Shown here: positions 16,906 to 33,910 of the stretch, piece by piece
How the letters are laid out: each line of letters begins with the position of its first letter
Numbering within the stretch: position 1 is the first letter of the stretch
DNA from: the human T2T-CHM13v2.0 reference genome, Homo sapiens
DNA: 64,000 nucleotides
Assembly (NCBI RefSeq): GCF_009914755.1
Contig: NC_060925.1
Direction: 5' to 3' (one strand)
Notes under the pieces: model-generated
Told to the model about the DNA's origin: nothing
Seen by the model: the letters and a program-made list of their open reading frames with translations, nothing else
Databases searched by the model: none
Made by a program: the position numbers and the translations under genes

Positions 16906-17056
16906 TATTCGGCTGGCCACCATGAGTGCTTTGTCGGTGCTGATCTCAGTGGATGCTGTCTTGGGGAAGGTCAACTTGGCGCAGTTGGTGGTGATGGTGC
17001 TGGTGGAGGTGACAGCTTTAGGCAACCTGAGGATGGTCATCAGTAATATCTTCAAC
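16906..17056 (+). CDS. RHD: RHD exon 3 (151 nt, c.336-486)
   Basis: cccag|TATTCGG...TTCAAC|gtgagt. Encodes IRLATMSALSVLISVDAVLGKVNLAQLVVMVLVEVTALGNLRMVISNIFN (RhD-type residues). Confidence 0.98.
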
Positions 17057-17414
17057 GTGAGTCATGGTGCTGGGAGGAGGGACCTGGGAGAAAAGGGCCA
17101 AAAGCTCCATTTGGTGGGGTTTCCAGGGTTTTGAAAAATAAAGACAACCTGTAATCCCAGCTACTTGGGAGGCTGAGGAAGGAAGATCACTTGAGGCCAG
17201 GAGTTTGAGACCAGCCTGGGCATCATAGCAAGATCCTCATCTCTAAAAAGTAATTTTTTCTAAATTATCCAGTTGTGGTGGCATGCACCTGTAGTCTCAG
17301 TTACTCAGGAGGCTGAGGTGTGAGTTGGAAGGATTGTTTGAGCCCAGGAGTTAGGGACCGAGCTGGGCAACATAGCAAGACCTCATCTCTAAATAAATAG
17401 GTAGGTGGATAGAC

Positions 17415-17452
<38 letters not shown>

Positions 17453-17547
17453 GCTGGGTACAGTGGCTCACACCTGTAATCCCAGCACTTTGGGAGGCCA
17501 AGGAGGGCAGATCACCTGAGGTCAGGAGTTCAAGACCAGCCTGGTCA

Positions 17548-17727
<180 letters not shown>

Positions 17728-19617
17728 TCATCTCAAATTTAAAATAAAGAAAAAAGAAAAGAAAAGATTGATAGATAGATAGATATCCAAATGAGTTTAC
17801 AAAAATGTGGTCTGTGCAAATGTTTAAACACAACAAACCAATGCCTTTAACTACTACAGTATAATCCTGTAGGATTGTGCTATTCATGATATAATTATGG
17901 TTATATAAAAGTAATTAATTCTCAGAGCCTCACCAGCAGTGGGTCCAGCAAGTTTGTACAGCCAGCATCTTCTTTCAGTCAGTGCGTGTCAGTAACTGCA
18001 TATGTCCTCTCATTGGGAGAGCCTGTCGAAAGTCTAAATTTGAAGGCAGCTGTGAAGGTAAGGCCAATCCAAATGGCTCTCCCAGATCCTCTGCTGTAAC
18101 CCTGACCCTGAGTGAGGACATAGCCAACCTTCCCATCTCATAGGTGAGAAAGCTGATGCCTGGAGAGGGGAAGGGACTGCCCAAGATCACATAGCAAGAT
18201 AGTGGCAGAACCCAAGCGAGAACCCACAGTTCCAGCCTGGCTTAGAAGAAAGTGCACTGGACTTGGAGTCAAAGGCTGGGGTTTGCATCCCAGCTCTGCC
18301 ATAAATCCCTGTGTGACTCTGGGCAATTTAACCTCTTAGAGCTTTAGTTTCTTCATCTGTAATATGAGGGTAGCAGTACTACCACATAGGGTTTTGAGGG
18401 AGTAATTGAATTAATCACATGAGATGATGCATGTTTACAAAAAAAAGCATGAAGCCCCTTTACTGTGCCTCAGTGTCCCAAAGGACTTTGGATTTTACTC
18501 TGAGAAATACAGGGAGAACTAGGGAGTGTTGGGCAGAGGAGAGCCATGATCTGACTTATGTTTTAAGATACTCTGGCTTCTGGGTTCAGAAAAGACTGAA
18601 GGGGCAAGAGAGGAAGCAGGTGGAGACCAGAGCGGCAGTGATTGCCATCATCCAGACTCAGACTAGGACAATAGCTGTGAGAGTGATGGGAAGTGGTTGG
18701 ATCCTGACTGTATTTTAATAGCAGAATTGACAGGATTTGCTGATAGACTGCACGTGGGGTGGGAGAGGGTCAAGATGACTTCAAGGTTCTCATCTGGCAC
18801 AACTCAGCGGCTGCTGGTGCCATTTACTGAGATGGGGAATGTTGGGGTGGGATAGATCTGGGAGGGAAAACCCAGAGTTCAGTGTCGAATGTGGTAGCGT
18901 TAGGGTTAAGGTTGGGGGAGGGGGGGTAGAGATGTGTATGAAACATCCCAGTGGAGACACTGAATGGAGATGTACAAGTCTGAAGCTTAGTGGAAAGGTT
19001 AGGGCTAGGGATATAAATTTGGGAGTTGTTACAATACAGATGGTGTTTAAAGCCATGAGACCCAAGGAGATCACTCAGGAGTGAGGATAAAGAGAGATGG
19101 GAAGAAGTCTGAGGACTGAGTCCTAGAACACCCTGCATTTTAGAGGGGGGACATGTGTAAGAGCCAGCAAAGGAGACAGAATTGTGCTTGGAGAGGCAGG
19201 AGGAAGCCCAGGAGAGCATGAGGTCCTGGAAGGCAAGGAAAGAGAGGGCCCCAGGTGGGCTGAATGCTGCTGAGAGGTCAAGTCGGATGAGGGCTGGGAA
19301 GTAGCCATTGGATTTGGCCAGGAGACCTTGGCATGCATGGTTGTAGAGGAGGATGAAGGCAACAGCCTGGCTTGACTGATTCAAGAGCAGGAGATGAGAA
19401 AGTGGAGACAGCATGCAGGGGCAGCTCTGCCAAGGACTTTGCTATAAAGGGGAACAGAGAAATGGAGGAGAAGCAGGAGGGCAATAATCCGATAGAGAGG
19501 AAAAATCTGATGATACAGAAGAGAGATGAACTGCAAGAGTCAAGCCTTTGAGTTGGAAAGCAGGAGTGGGATTTTGAGCACTGATACCTTTAGGCCGATG
19601 CAGGGACAGTTCATCTT

Positions 19618-20929
<1,312 letters not shown>

Positions 20930-22146
20930 TCATCTTAACGAGAGAAATGGCAGGGACTGTGAATAGGCCGGCAGATTTGGTGGCGGGTGCCACAGGTTCA
21001 GTCTCCTGCAGGGAGAGGAGAAAATGCCTTACTAATTCCTTGTATTTTCTCAGAGAAACAAGAGGCACCGTCATCAGCCTCATGTGAGGGTGGGAAGGAG
21101 GGATGGGGTTTGCGGAGAGGGAAAGTGTGGTATGGTCATCTGTGGGAGTGGAAGAGAGTGAGAGGGCTGCAGGGGTGCAGCGGGACTGCAGGCTGGCACC
21201 AGGGTCCCTAGGGCTTGTAGTTGGTGGAAAGTGCATCAGTGACCAGGGCTGTGTGCAGCTGCTCCAGGCAGGTGTGGAAGAAGCAGAGTTGAACTTGCCC
21301 AGCCTGGAGTGCTGCCCAGAGTGAGCCCAAAGCCCAGGGGAGACCAGAGATGGGGCTGTTTGCAAAGGAGGAAGTATAACAGTAGCCCACAAAATCTGAG
21401 CTGGTTAAGAAAGGAGAGAGAGTGAAAATGGGGAGCCCAGCCTGGCAGCCTGGGTACACATCTCAGCTCAACCCACACTAGCTGAATCCATTTGGGCCCC
21501 TTCGTTGACCTCTCTGTGCCTCAGTTTCCCTATCTATAGAATGGGGATAAGAATAAGGCTACTTCCTAGGGCTGTTGTGAGAATTGAACAAGTGACCGAA
21601 CACTTGTTCAATTTTGAACACTGTTCTAAAGCATTTAGGACAGTGCCTGGCATGGGGTAAGTGTTGCGGCAGTGCTGTTATTTTCATCATCACCATTGTT
21701 CTCAGGCTGCGTTGATTGGAGCTGCTGAAGGGAGGCAATTTAAGGAAGTGAGCCGGACAGATAGGAGGTGGTGGTGGTTATCAGGTGCGATGCTTGAAAC
21801 TGAGGCTTCGGAGGCAACAGTTACTGGTAATGACAAGGTCTAAGGCTTGACAGTGGGTGGCAGAAGTGTAACGCAGGGAAAGAGACGAGCGGTCAAGGAG
21901 CCGAGAGGGAAGGAGTTGGGTGGACTAAGATCATTTGTGGAAGAATGATGGAGAGAAAGGCTGAAGGGCAGGGGCTGACATCATCAGTGACCAAGAGGCG
22001 GCCGGGAGGCTGAGACCGCAGCAAGAAAGGGAGAGTGTGATGGCATCTTCTTCAAGGGAGCAGGAGATGTTTGGGGTGGAAAAAAGAACAATGGTCTGGG
22101 AGGGAATATGGGAAGTTTTTTTGTTTTTTGTTTTTTTTTTTTTTGA

Positions 22147-22649
<503 letters not shown>

Positions 22650-22823
22650 TAGGGGCATGCCACCATGCCCAGTTAATTTTTGTATTTTTAGTAGAGATGG
22701 AGTTTCACCATATTGGCCAGGCTGGTCTTGAGCTCCTGGCCTCAGTTGATCCACCTGTCTCAGCCTCCCAAATTGCTGAGATTACAGGCGTGGGCCACCA
22801 TAACCGGCCTCAGTGTATATTTC

Positions 22824-23194
22824 TGATGCAGTTGGGTTCTGTATCCCCCTCCAATCTCATCTCGAATTGTAATCCCCACGTGTTGAGGGCATGACCTCGT
22901 GGGAGGTGATTGGATCACAGGGGTGGTTTCCCCCATGCTGTTCTTGTGACAGTGAGTGGGTTTTCAGGAGAGCTGATGGTTTGAAAGTGTGGCACTTCCT
23001 CTCTCTCTTTCTCTCTCTCTCTCACCTGCCACCACGTAAGATGTGCCTTGCTTCCCTTTCACCTTCCACCATGATTGTAAGTTTCCTGAGGCCTCCCCGG
23101 CCATGCCAAACTGTGAGTCAATTCAGCCTCTTTTGTTTATAAATTACGCAGTCTCAGGAAGTATCTTTATAGCAGTGTGAAAACAGACTAACAC
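22824..23194 (+). mobile_element. MST-family (MSTA-like) solo LTR
   Basis: tgatgcagttgggttctgtatcccc...aattgtaatccccacgtgttgagg...tttatagcagtgtgaaaacagactaacaca. Confidence 0.75.
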
Positions 23195-25300
23195 AATTTC
23201 CTAAAACAAGGGGACATTCTCTTACATAACCTTTTTTCAGTTAACAAAAATGAGAAATTGACATTGATATATTATGATTACCTTATTCTCATTTCACCAA
23301 TTTTCTCAATAATATCTTTTCTAGAAAAAAATATATATTTTTTGTGGTCGAGGATTACATCTTGCATTTAGTTCTCATGTCTTATTAAATTCCATCAATC
23401 TGGAACAGTTTCTTCATCTTTCTTTATCTTTCATGACCTTGACATGTTTTGAAGTTTCGAGCCAGTTCTTTTGTAGAATGTGGGTTTGTCTGCTGTTCCT
23501 CATGATTAGATTGTGGGTATGCATTTTTGGTAGGAATTCTCCAAGAGCCGTGTGTGCCCTTCTTAGTATATCATATCAGAAGACATGCTATCAATTTGCC
23601 CCATTACTGGGTGTGTTAACTGTGATCATTGGGTTAAGATGGTACCTGCCAGGATCTTCCACTGCAAAGTTACTATTTTCCCCTTTGTAATTAATAAACA
23701 TCTTGTGAGGAGATAATTTCCTATAGAAATCCTGTTGATCGTCCAACTTTCACCCACTGATTTTAGTGTTCATTGATTCTTCCCTGAATAAATTAGTACT
23801 ATAATAATTGCCAATGGTGGTTTTCTAATTCCATCTTTCCTTCAGTAGTTGGCATTCTTCTGTAAGGAAAAGCTTTCGCTTCTCTGTTCATCCACTCATC
23901 TATGTACTTATTTATATCACCATGGGCTCCTGGATTCCGGTTTACACACTTCCATTTTCTGCCTTTTCTCTCTGCTTAATATAAGGATTAATGAGAACTC
24001 CCTGATTCCCAGGAAGAAAATGTCAGCAGAGCTTTCTTAGGCGGAATGAAGAGAATTCAGTGTAAGAACCATAAAGGTGTATCTGTGTAGTATGGACAGT
24101 TTTAAAAAACAAACAAACACAAAGAACCTCCAAGGGCAGGAGGTGCTGCCAGACTCAGGAGGGCACTAGAACTGGCTATGAGAAGCCACTGAGATCCCAG
24201 GTAGTCTGTGCTCTCCATCTTTTGGCTCTTATTCTCTCCGTACATCTAACATCTCTGTACACCAGCTTTCTCTTTAGCGAAAAACGTGTCCCCTCCACCC
24301 ACCCATCCACCTCCACTTGTTCCTGCATTTCTATGTCCCAGATCCTGCAGAAAACAACTCTTTTCTCTCAGTTAGTCTCAATTCTGTAGTCCAGGGAGAG
24401 AGAATCTGATCAGTCCCCTGGGTCATTTTTCCACTCTGGTCCAAGCAGCTACAGCTGGCATGGGAAATAGTTCACACAGTAAAAACATGGCTGTCAAGAA
24501 GAGGAGTAAATTTCAGAGGCAGAACACTCCCTGTGAGCCCGAACCTCTTCCTGCTTTGTTGCAGTCTTCATAACGATTGCTTTAAAAGACTGCATTGATA
24601 TAACATCATCTCTCTTCTCTGCATCTTTGACTTGCTAGCTTAACTGGTCTAGAGGAGGGCTTAGCACTGATTTTCAGTATTCATTTTCCTCAAAACTTCA
24701 ATTCAGCCTGGGTTTCTTCAGCAGGAGGGCCCGGGGGAACCAGAGCCAGGGACCAGAGTCATTTCAGTGCACCAGCTCAAGAAATGAATATTCCAGGCCA
24801 AGAATCCCCAAGTGTTCTTCCTGAACTCCTTCCTGGTGGAGTTCAAAGAGATGAAAAACACAAGCCCGCTTTTCAGTTCTTATCAGGAAACTGCATAGAC
24901 TTTCCTCTTTATGTATGACTGAGGGCTTTTTACCATCATTTGTTCCCTTCACAAATATTTATTTGGTATTTACTATATACCAGGGACTCTTGTGGCAGTG
25001 GAAAATACAACTCTCATGGAACGTCTGTTCCAGAAGGAAAGACTGCCAATAAACAATAAAATAGGCAAAAGATATAGCATGTTAGAGAGTGGTAAGTACC
25101 ACAGATAAAAATGAAATGGAGAAAAGAAACACGAAAAGTTGGGGAGAGAGGATAACTGTTTGAGAGGGTGGCCAGGGGCAGCTTCATCTTATCAAGAGGG
25201 TGATTTTTTGAGTACAGACCTGAAGGTAACGAGTGCACAAGCCATATGGGTACCTGAGAACAGCGGCAGAACAATGGCAGGGTGCTGGGAGGGCTGTTTA

Positions 25301-25810
<510 letters not shown>

Positions 25811-26911
25811 TCAGGCAGCTGAATGACCCAAAGTGGGAACACGCTAGTGGGTTTGAGGATGAGCAAGTGGAGGAGGGCAATAGGAGGTGACGCCCGAGAG
25901 GTCAGGTGAGAGTGGATCCTGCAGGGTCGTGGCAAGAACCTGGACCTTGACTTTGAGTGACATGGGAGCCGCTGGAGGCTTCTGAGCAGAGGAGTAACAT
26001 GATCTGACTTGCATTTTATTTTATTTATTTATTTGACGCAGTGTCACTCTGTCGCTGAAGCTGGAGTGCAGTGGCGACATCTCAGCTCACTATAGCCTCC
26101 GCCTCCCAGGTTCCAGTGAATCTCCTGCATCAGCCTCCCAGGTAGATAGGATTACAAGCAAGCATCACCACGCCTGGCTAATTTTTGTATTTTTAGTAGA
26201 GACAGGGTTTTGCCATGTTGGCCAGGCTGGTATCGAACTCCTGACCTCAGGTGATCCACCCACCTCAGCCTCCCAAAGTGCTGGGATTACAGGCAAAATT
26301 AGAATATATCTAGAATTTCCTGAAGACCTTAGTTTGGTATTATAAGAAGTCTGGTTGCTTCATGTTGCAAAATTTATATCACTCATCACTCCCGCAGAGT
26401 TAAAATTCCGCTGAGAAGTAGGAATCAGTGAGGTGCGTGTCCATGTGGGTTTTTGCCACACCTAAGTGAACCTTGGTCAAAAGCATATAAGAGCTACTGA
26501 TAGGCCGGGTGTGGTGGCTCATGCCTGTAATCTCAGCACTTTGGGAGGGAAGGATCTCTTGAGCCCAGGAGTTCAAGACCAGCCTGAGCAACATAGCAAG
26601 ATTCCATCTTTACACAAAATTTAAAAATTGGCCAGGCATGGTTGTACATTCCTGTAATCCCAGCTACTCAGGAGGCTGAGGTGGGAGGATTGCTTGAGCC
26701 TGGGAGTTGGAGACTACAGTGAGCTGTGGCCACACCACTGCACTCCAGCTTGAGCAATGGAGCAAGACTCTGTCTCAAAAAAAAAAAAAAGGCCAGGCGC
26801 AGTGGCTCATGCCTGTAATCCCAGCACTTTGGGAGGCCGAGGCGGGTGGATCGCCTGAGGTCAGGAGTTTGAGACCAGCCTGGCAAACACGGTGAAACCC
26901 CATCTCTACTA

Positions 26912-27100
<189 letters not shown>

Positions 27101-27208
27101 TCAAGTCACACCTCCTAAGTGAAGCTCTGAACTTTCTCCAAGGACTATCAGGGCTTGCCCCGGGCAGAGGATGCCGACACTCACTGCTCTTACTGGGTTT
27201 TATTGCAG

Positions 27209-27356
27209 ACAGACTACCACATGAACATGATGCACATCTACGTGTTCGCAGCCTATTTTGGGCTGTCTGTGGCCTGGTGCCTGCCAAAGCCTCTACCCGA
27301 GGGAACGGAGGATAAAGATCAGACAGCAACGATACCCAGTTTGTCTGCCATGCTGG
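27209..27356 (+). CDS. RHD: RHD exon 4 (148 nt, c.487-634)
   Basis: ttgcag|ACAGAC...GCTGG|gtaagg. Encodes TDYHMNMMHIYVFAAYFGLSVAWCLPKPLPEGTEDKDQTATIPSLSAML. Confidence 0.98.
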
Positions 27357-27782
27357 GTAAGGACAAGGTGGGGTGAGTGGTCTCCTACTTGGGCTGAGCA
27401 GAATGGCTCAGAAAAGGCTCTGGCTGAAAAAATCTCCCTCCTTTACCAAGTTCCCCTGGGTGTCTGAAGCCCTTCCATCATGATTCATTTCTTTGAGTAG
27501 TGTTTGCTAAATTCATACCTTTGAATTAAGCACTTCACAGAGCAGGTTCAGGAGGCCTGGGGTATGCAGATTTCAACCCTCTTGGCCTTTGTTTCCTTGT
27601 CTGTAAAATGTGGTTAGCTGGTATCAGCTTGAGAGCTCGGAGGGGAGACGTGACTTCCCCATCTAACTCTAAGTGACAAGGCTGAGACTCTCCAGCCCTA
27701 GGATTCTCATCCAAAACCCCTCGAGGCTCAGACCTTTGGAGCAGGAGTGTGATTCTGGCCAACCACCCTCTCTGGCCCCCAG

Positions 27783-27949
27783 GCGCCCTCTTCTTGTGGA
27801 TGTTCTGGCCAAGTTTCAACTCTGCTCTGCTGAGAAGTCCAATCGAAAGGAAGAATGCCGTGTTCAACACCTACTATGCTGTAGCAGTCAGCGTGGTGAC
27901 AGCCATCTCAGGGTCATCCTTGGCTCACCCCCAAGGGAAGATCAGCAAG
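27783..27949 (+). CDS. RHD: RHD exon 5 (167 nt, c.635-801)
   Basis: ccccag|GCGCCC...AGCAAG|gtgagc. Encodes [55 protein letters not shown]. The preceding intron 4 is only 426 bp (27357-27782), the RHD form. Confidence 0.98.
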
Positions 27950-29584
27950 GTGAGCAGGGCGCTGCCCTTGGGCAGCACTTGGGTCTAACAGGACTAGCAC
28001 ACATATTTATGCCCCTCCCCACCCCAGGGCCAGCGTGGGTTGGGAGAGGGCATGCCGGGTGGTGGAGCTGTGCCTGCCTCTACAGTGGAGCTCTAGGTAG
28101 AATGCTGGGTGGTCACAGTGGGCCTGGGACTCAGGAGACTGTCCAGTGATCAAAGGCTTTCTGGGGGGAGTGATTAAATCCATCCATGCTAACATGAAAC
28201 AGACCTCAGTTTGAACCCCATTTCTGCTAGTTGCTAAAGTCAGTCACCATGAGCGAGAGTCAGCAGCAACAGACTAGACTAGAATTAGCCAGCCTCTCTC
28301 TTCCCCCCAACAAATTTCAAGAATGGAACCATCAGAATCAGAAGTAGAGAAGTATGTGACACTAGCCATGTGGCTCTGGTCAAGCCACTTCAACGTTTTG
28401 AGTCTCAGTGGCCTCATCTGTAAAGTGGGAATTAAGAGATGGTGCATGTAAAGTGCTTAACGGGGAGTAAATGGTAGGCAAACATTAGCTGCTGCTATTA
28501 GTAAAGAGAGACGATGGTGTGTGTGAGTCTTGTGGGCAGAGATGGGTGAGAGGGGAGACAAAACAAGTTCTCATGATGATGGGGGAAGGGGCTCCAGCTG
28601 GTGGTGTCGGAGGGAAGTCTGGACAGACCAGTGGTGGGGCTCGGGTGGGAGGCACTGGGGGGGCTGGAGTGGAAAGAATGTGGCCACAGATGACAGCTTC
28701 ACAGCAGAATTCAGTGCTAAGAGGAAGTGAGTGGCCATGAGTTCCATGGTGACAGAAAGTCTAAGACACCCAGCAAGGCAGGAGTGGGTGTCAACTCAGG
28801 GAAGCCCAGAGGCTAATCCTAGGTGAGAGCTGAGGGTGTCAGATAAGAGCAAGGCAAGGCTCCGGTTCTGGAGCAGTGAAGGACATAGCAGAGCTATGAC
28901 CCAGGAACAAGGCCCAGCTTATTGAAACTGGGCCCAGTCACACAGGGTGGCACAGGCACCAAGTAGCCAATAATAATAATAAAAACAATAACAATGATTT
29001 GTGTCTACTGGGCATTTATTCATGTTCTATGCCAGACACTGGGCTAAGAGCTTTATATGTGGAAACTCATTTAATCCTTACAATAACCTTATGAAGAAGG
29101 TACATCCAAAACCCCATTCTTCTAGGCCAGGTGCAGTGGCTCACACCTGTAATCCCAATATTTTGGGAGGCTGAGGCAAGAGGATTGGTTGAGGCCAGGA
29201 GTTCAAGACCAGCCCAGGCAACATAGCAAGACCCTGTCTCTAAAAAATAAAACAAAAACCCATTCTTCCCGCTGCCCAGGGACACACCACTAATGAGTGT
29301 GATGGGTGCCTAGGATGCTGAGCACCTGGACTTCCCAGCTCATTCCCTAAATGCTGCACAATCAGGGTAACTGTGCCCTGAGCCTAAGAGGCAGTAGTGA
29401 GCTGGCCCATCATGTCCACTGATGAAGGACACGTAGCCCCAACACAGGGGAGAAGTGGTTTCAGGATCAGCAAAGCAGGGAGGATGTTACAGGGTTGCCT
29501 TGTTCCCAGCGTGCTGGTCACTTGCAGCAAGATGGTGTTCTCTCTCTACCTTGCTTCCTTTACCCACACGCTATTTCTTTGCAG

Positions 29585-29722
29585 ACTTATGTGCACAGTG
29601 CGGTGTTGGCAGGAGGCGTGGCTGTGGGTACCTCGTGTCACCTGATCCCTTCTCCGTGGCTTGCCATGGTGCTGGGTCTTGTGGCTGGGCTGATCTCCGT
29701 CGGGGGAGCCAAGTACCTGCCG
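29585..29722 (+). CDS. RHD: RHD exon 6 (138 nt, c.802-939)
   Basis: ttgcag|ACTTAT...CTGCCG|gtaaga. Encodes TYVHSAVLAGGVAVGTSCHLIPSPWLAMVLGLVAGLISVGGAKYLP. Confidence 0.98.
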
Positions 29723-30741
29723 GTAAGAAACTAGACAACTAACCTCCTCTGCTTTGGCTGAAGGCCAGCAGGACGCTGGGACCTGATGGGCCACTGTGCA
29801 GTGCACAGCTGCATTAGGCAGGTGTCGGCGCATTCTCTTATTGGCTTCAACGCCTAGTGAGGGATCCATCCTGGCTCGGTGGCGCATTTGTTAAGATGCT
29901 CGGGAGCAGGTGGCAGAACCCATTTGAGCTTGCTTGGGCATTGGGGAGAATTTGTTATCAGGCTACTGGGGTGTCACAGAACTCAAGGACAGGGACTGGA
30001 GTGTTGTGGGGAGCCCCGAAGCCCCTGTTTTACTTCTTTCTTTGCTTTTCCTGAATATCTGCTTTATTCTTACTCTATAGACATGCTTCCTCCTCTTTCA
30101 CCCCACATTGTGGGGTGTAGTCTTTTGCTTCAAGAAAGCAGCCTGGTGGATGGAATCTCTTGGCCCCAATCCCAAATTCTCTGGAGAAGGGGCTCTTTGG
30201 TTTAACTTGGATAATGTTGTCTTCAGCTGGGGGTGGGCACATCGTGCATATGTGGCTGCTGCCGGGGAACCACGTGGATGATGTGAGAGGAGCAGCACCC
30301 AGAAGAGGGAGTGCTGGGCTGATGGTCCAGGTCGTGTCCACTTCTGATTGTTTAATTCTTCTTCTAAGTGGATGGATCTTTCTCCAATACTCAGCAAATC
30401 CTGATCGTTCCAGAATACTTCATTATAGCCAATTGGTTATAATGTGCTTCTCTAAGAGAAATATTTAGGGACAACAAATCTTCATGGGTTTGAAGACTTG
30501 ATGGAGGAAAAAGGAGTAGATTTTCGAAGGCTGGATTTGGATGAACAGGGGCTATTCAGGGAGTGCATTCCAACCTAAAATTAGGAAAAACTGGCTGGGC
30601 GCAGTGGCTCACGCGCTTTGGGAGGCCGAGGCGGGCAGATGGCCTGAGGTCAGGAGTTCAAGACCAGCCTGGCCAACATGGTGAAACCCATCTCTACTAA
30701 AAGTACAAAAATTAGCCAGGCATGGTGGCGGGCACCTGTCA

Positions 30742-30901
<160 letters not shown>

Positions 30902-31637
30902 TTAGCCATAAAAAGAATGAAATCCTGTCATTTGCAGCAACATGGATGGAACTGGAGGTAATTAAAAAATAAAATTAAATAAGGAAAAACGTATCAATAC
31001 TTCGATTAACCAAAACCAGGGCAAATCTGATTTTCATCTTTGCAAGGGGAACAAATTTCTTTTATCTCCTCTGGCTTTGAAACCCTGAAATGAAAGGAGG
31101 AAGGGCAGAAAAAAGAACACATAGCAAGTTATCATCAGTCTCAGCGCCCATCGCATTCCCTGAGCTTGTTTCCTTGACTTCATCACTGGCAGGACTATTC
31201 AAAAATGTTTCGCTCATTCATTCATATATTCATTCATTCATCATTCCTTCATTCAACACATACGTTTTAACACTCATCTTGCTTTTCAAGCTATAGTTTA
31301 GTGAGCGAAATGGATACACACAATACAGTGTGAGAACAGCAAGAGGGCACATCTGAGCTAGCCTGGGATGGGTCTGGAAATGCTTCCTGGAGCAGAGGAA
31401 ACGGTTGACAGCCAAGTGTTGACAGATAAGTAGTATTAGCCAGGCAGAGACATGGGGAATGTATTCCAGGCAGAAGGCACAGTGTGTATGAAAGCTTATT
31501 GTTAAGAAGAGTGTGTGGCCCAACCAGGAAACAGACATTCTAAAGGCATAGGGTCCACCCAGGAGCATGGTGGACCCAGATCCCTGAAAGATGGGAGGTG
31601 CTCAGGCACACTTCCTGGGCTAGTTGAGGAGTCTGGA

Positions 31638-32178
<541 letters not shown>

Positions 32179-32378
32179 TGAAGACTAATAGGGATTCTAA
32201 GGAAGGAACCAGCCTGATTGAATTTGCATATGTGTCCACATCTGCTGGCTCACGGCTGTGTGGGAGGCTGAGTGATGGGGAGGAAGGATTACTGAGTAGG
32301 GATCTGAAGGTGTGGCCTCATGCTTTCTTTCTAACCAGCTGTGTTGTCTTTGGGATGGTGCTTAAATTTGGGCTAGAC

Positions 32379-32730
32379 CAGTGGGTCTTGGTCACCCCCC
32401 AGGGGACATCTTACAATGTCTGGAGGCGTTCTTGGTTGACACAGTGGGGTGAGGGCTGCTACTGGCAGCTCGTGGGGAGAGACCAGGGATGCTGCTTAAC
32501 ATCCTACAGTACACAGGGCAGCCCCCACCACAAGGAATTATCAGCTGAAATTGTGAACAGTGTCTACACTAGACCCTTGCTACTCATAGTGTGGTCCGTA
32601 GACCAGCAGCATTGGCATCACCTGGGACCTTGTTAGAAATGCTGTTAGACCCCACCCCACATCCACTAAAGCCAGCTCTTCATTTCAACAAACTCCCCGA
32701 TGATGTGAGTGCACATTCAAGTCTGAGAAG
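32379..32730. mobile_element. MER20 followed by MER5A-like hAT fragments
   Basis: ccccccaggggacat...caatgtctggag...ccagggatgctgcttaacatcctacagtacacagggcagcccccacc, then ctactcatagtgtggtcc...gaccagcagcattggcatcacctggg. Confidence 0.7.
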
Positions 32731-32859
32731 GGCTTCTTTGAGGTGAGCCTTAGTGCCCATCCCCCTTTGGTGGCCCCGGATACCAAGGGTGTGTGAAAGG
32801 GGTGGGTAGGGAATATGGGTCTCACCTGCCAATCTGCTTATAATAACACTTGTCCACAG

Positions 32860-32993
32860 GGGTGTTGTAACCGAGTGCTGGGGATTCCCCACAGCTCCAT
32901 CATGGGCTACAACTTCAGCTTGCTGGGTCTGCTTGGAGAGATCATCTACATTGTGCTGCTGGTGCTTGATACCGTCGGAGCCGGCAATGGCAT
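32860..32993 (+). CDS. RHD: RHD exon 7 (134 nt, c.940-1073)
   Basis: ccacag|GGGTGT...GGCAT|gtgggt. Encodes GCCNRVLGIPHSSIMGYNFSLLGLLGEIIYIVLLVLDTVGAGNG(M), the RhD-specific sequence. Confidence 0.98.
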
Positions 32994-33910
32994 GTGGGTC
33001 ACTGGGCTTACCCCCCATCCCCTTAACACTCCCCTCCAACTCAGGAAGAAATGTGTGCAGAGTCCTTAGCTGGGGCGTGTGCACTCGGGGCCAGGTGCTC
33101 AGTAGGCTTCGGTGAATATTTGTTGGCTGATTTATTCAGAAATTCTGTCCAGCCCCTACCTTGGATGGATTTATCACCTCTCCAGGCCACCTCTTCTTTC
33201 CAAATAGGGCCACCTAGGTATAGACCAAAGACACGAAATCTTTTGTGATCCCACAAACACAGAGCAGGTCAAATAGGCCCAAGCCAATTGAGACTGTGGT
33301 TCACGTCGTGATGCAGAGCTTTGCTGTGGACGTGCTCCCACTGCGTACTAGCTGGGCATGTGGCTTAACCTTTCTCAGCCTCAGTCGCCCCATTGTAAAT
33401 GGAGATAATGATACTATCTCCCCTCACAGGACTGTTGGGATGCTACTGGATTTAATAAGCTAATGCAGGGACATGCTAAGCACAACCCATCCCTGAGGCC
33501 CAGAGAGGGGTGGGCCTTGGCTGAGGTCTCACTGCGAGGTGGGAATGTGGGCCTCCAGACCAGAGGTAGGTCCTGTGGCCCCTAGACAGTGGACAGCAAT
33601 GGTCAGTTTGACACACCAGAGCCCTAGCCATTACTTCCTGGATGTTGTGTGAATATTTTCTGGACATGGCTTATATAAAATGAAAAAGTGAATTGGGCAC
33701 GATACAGGGATAGATTTTTAGAGATGAACTGGTAGCATGATGATAATCATATTCACTGATAACATTTACTACTGTTATTGACTGCTTTAAAAGTGTTGGG
33801 CATTGTGCTAGAAACCATTATATGCATTATCTCCTTGAATTCTCACAACCGCCTACTGAGGTATTCTCAGACTCTAAGAAATGAGATTTAAGAGAAGTTA
33901 TCTGCCCAAG

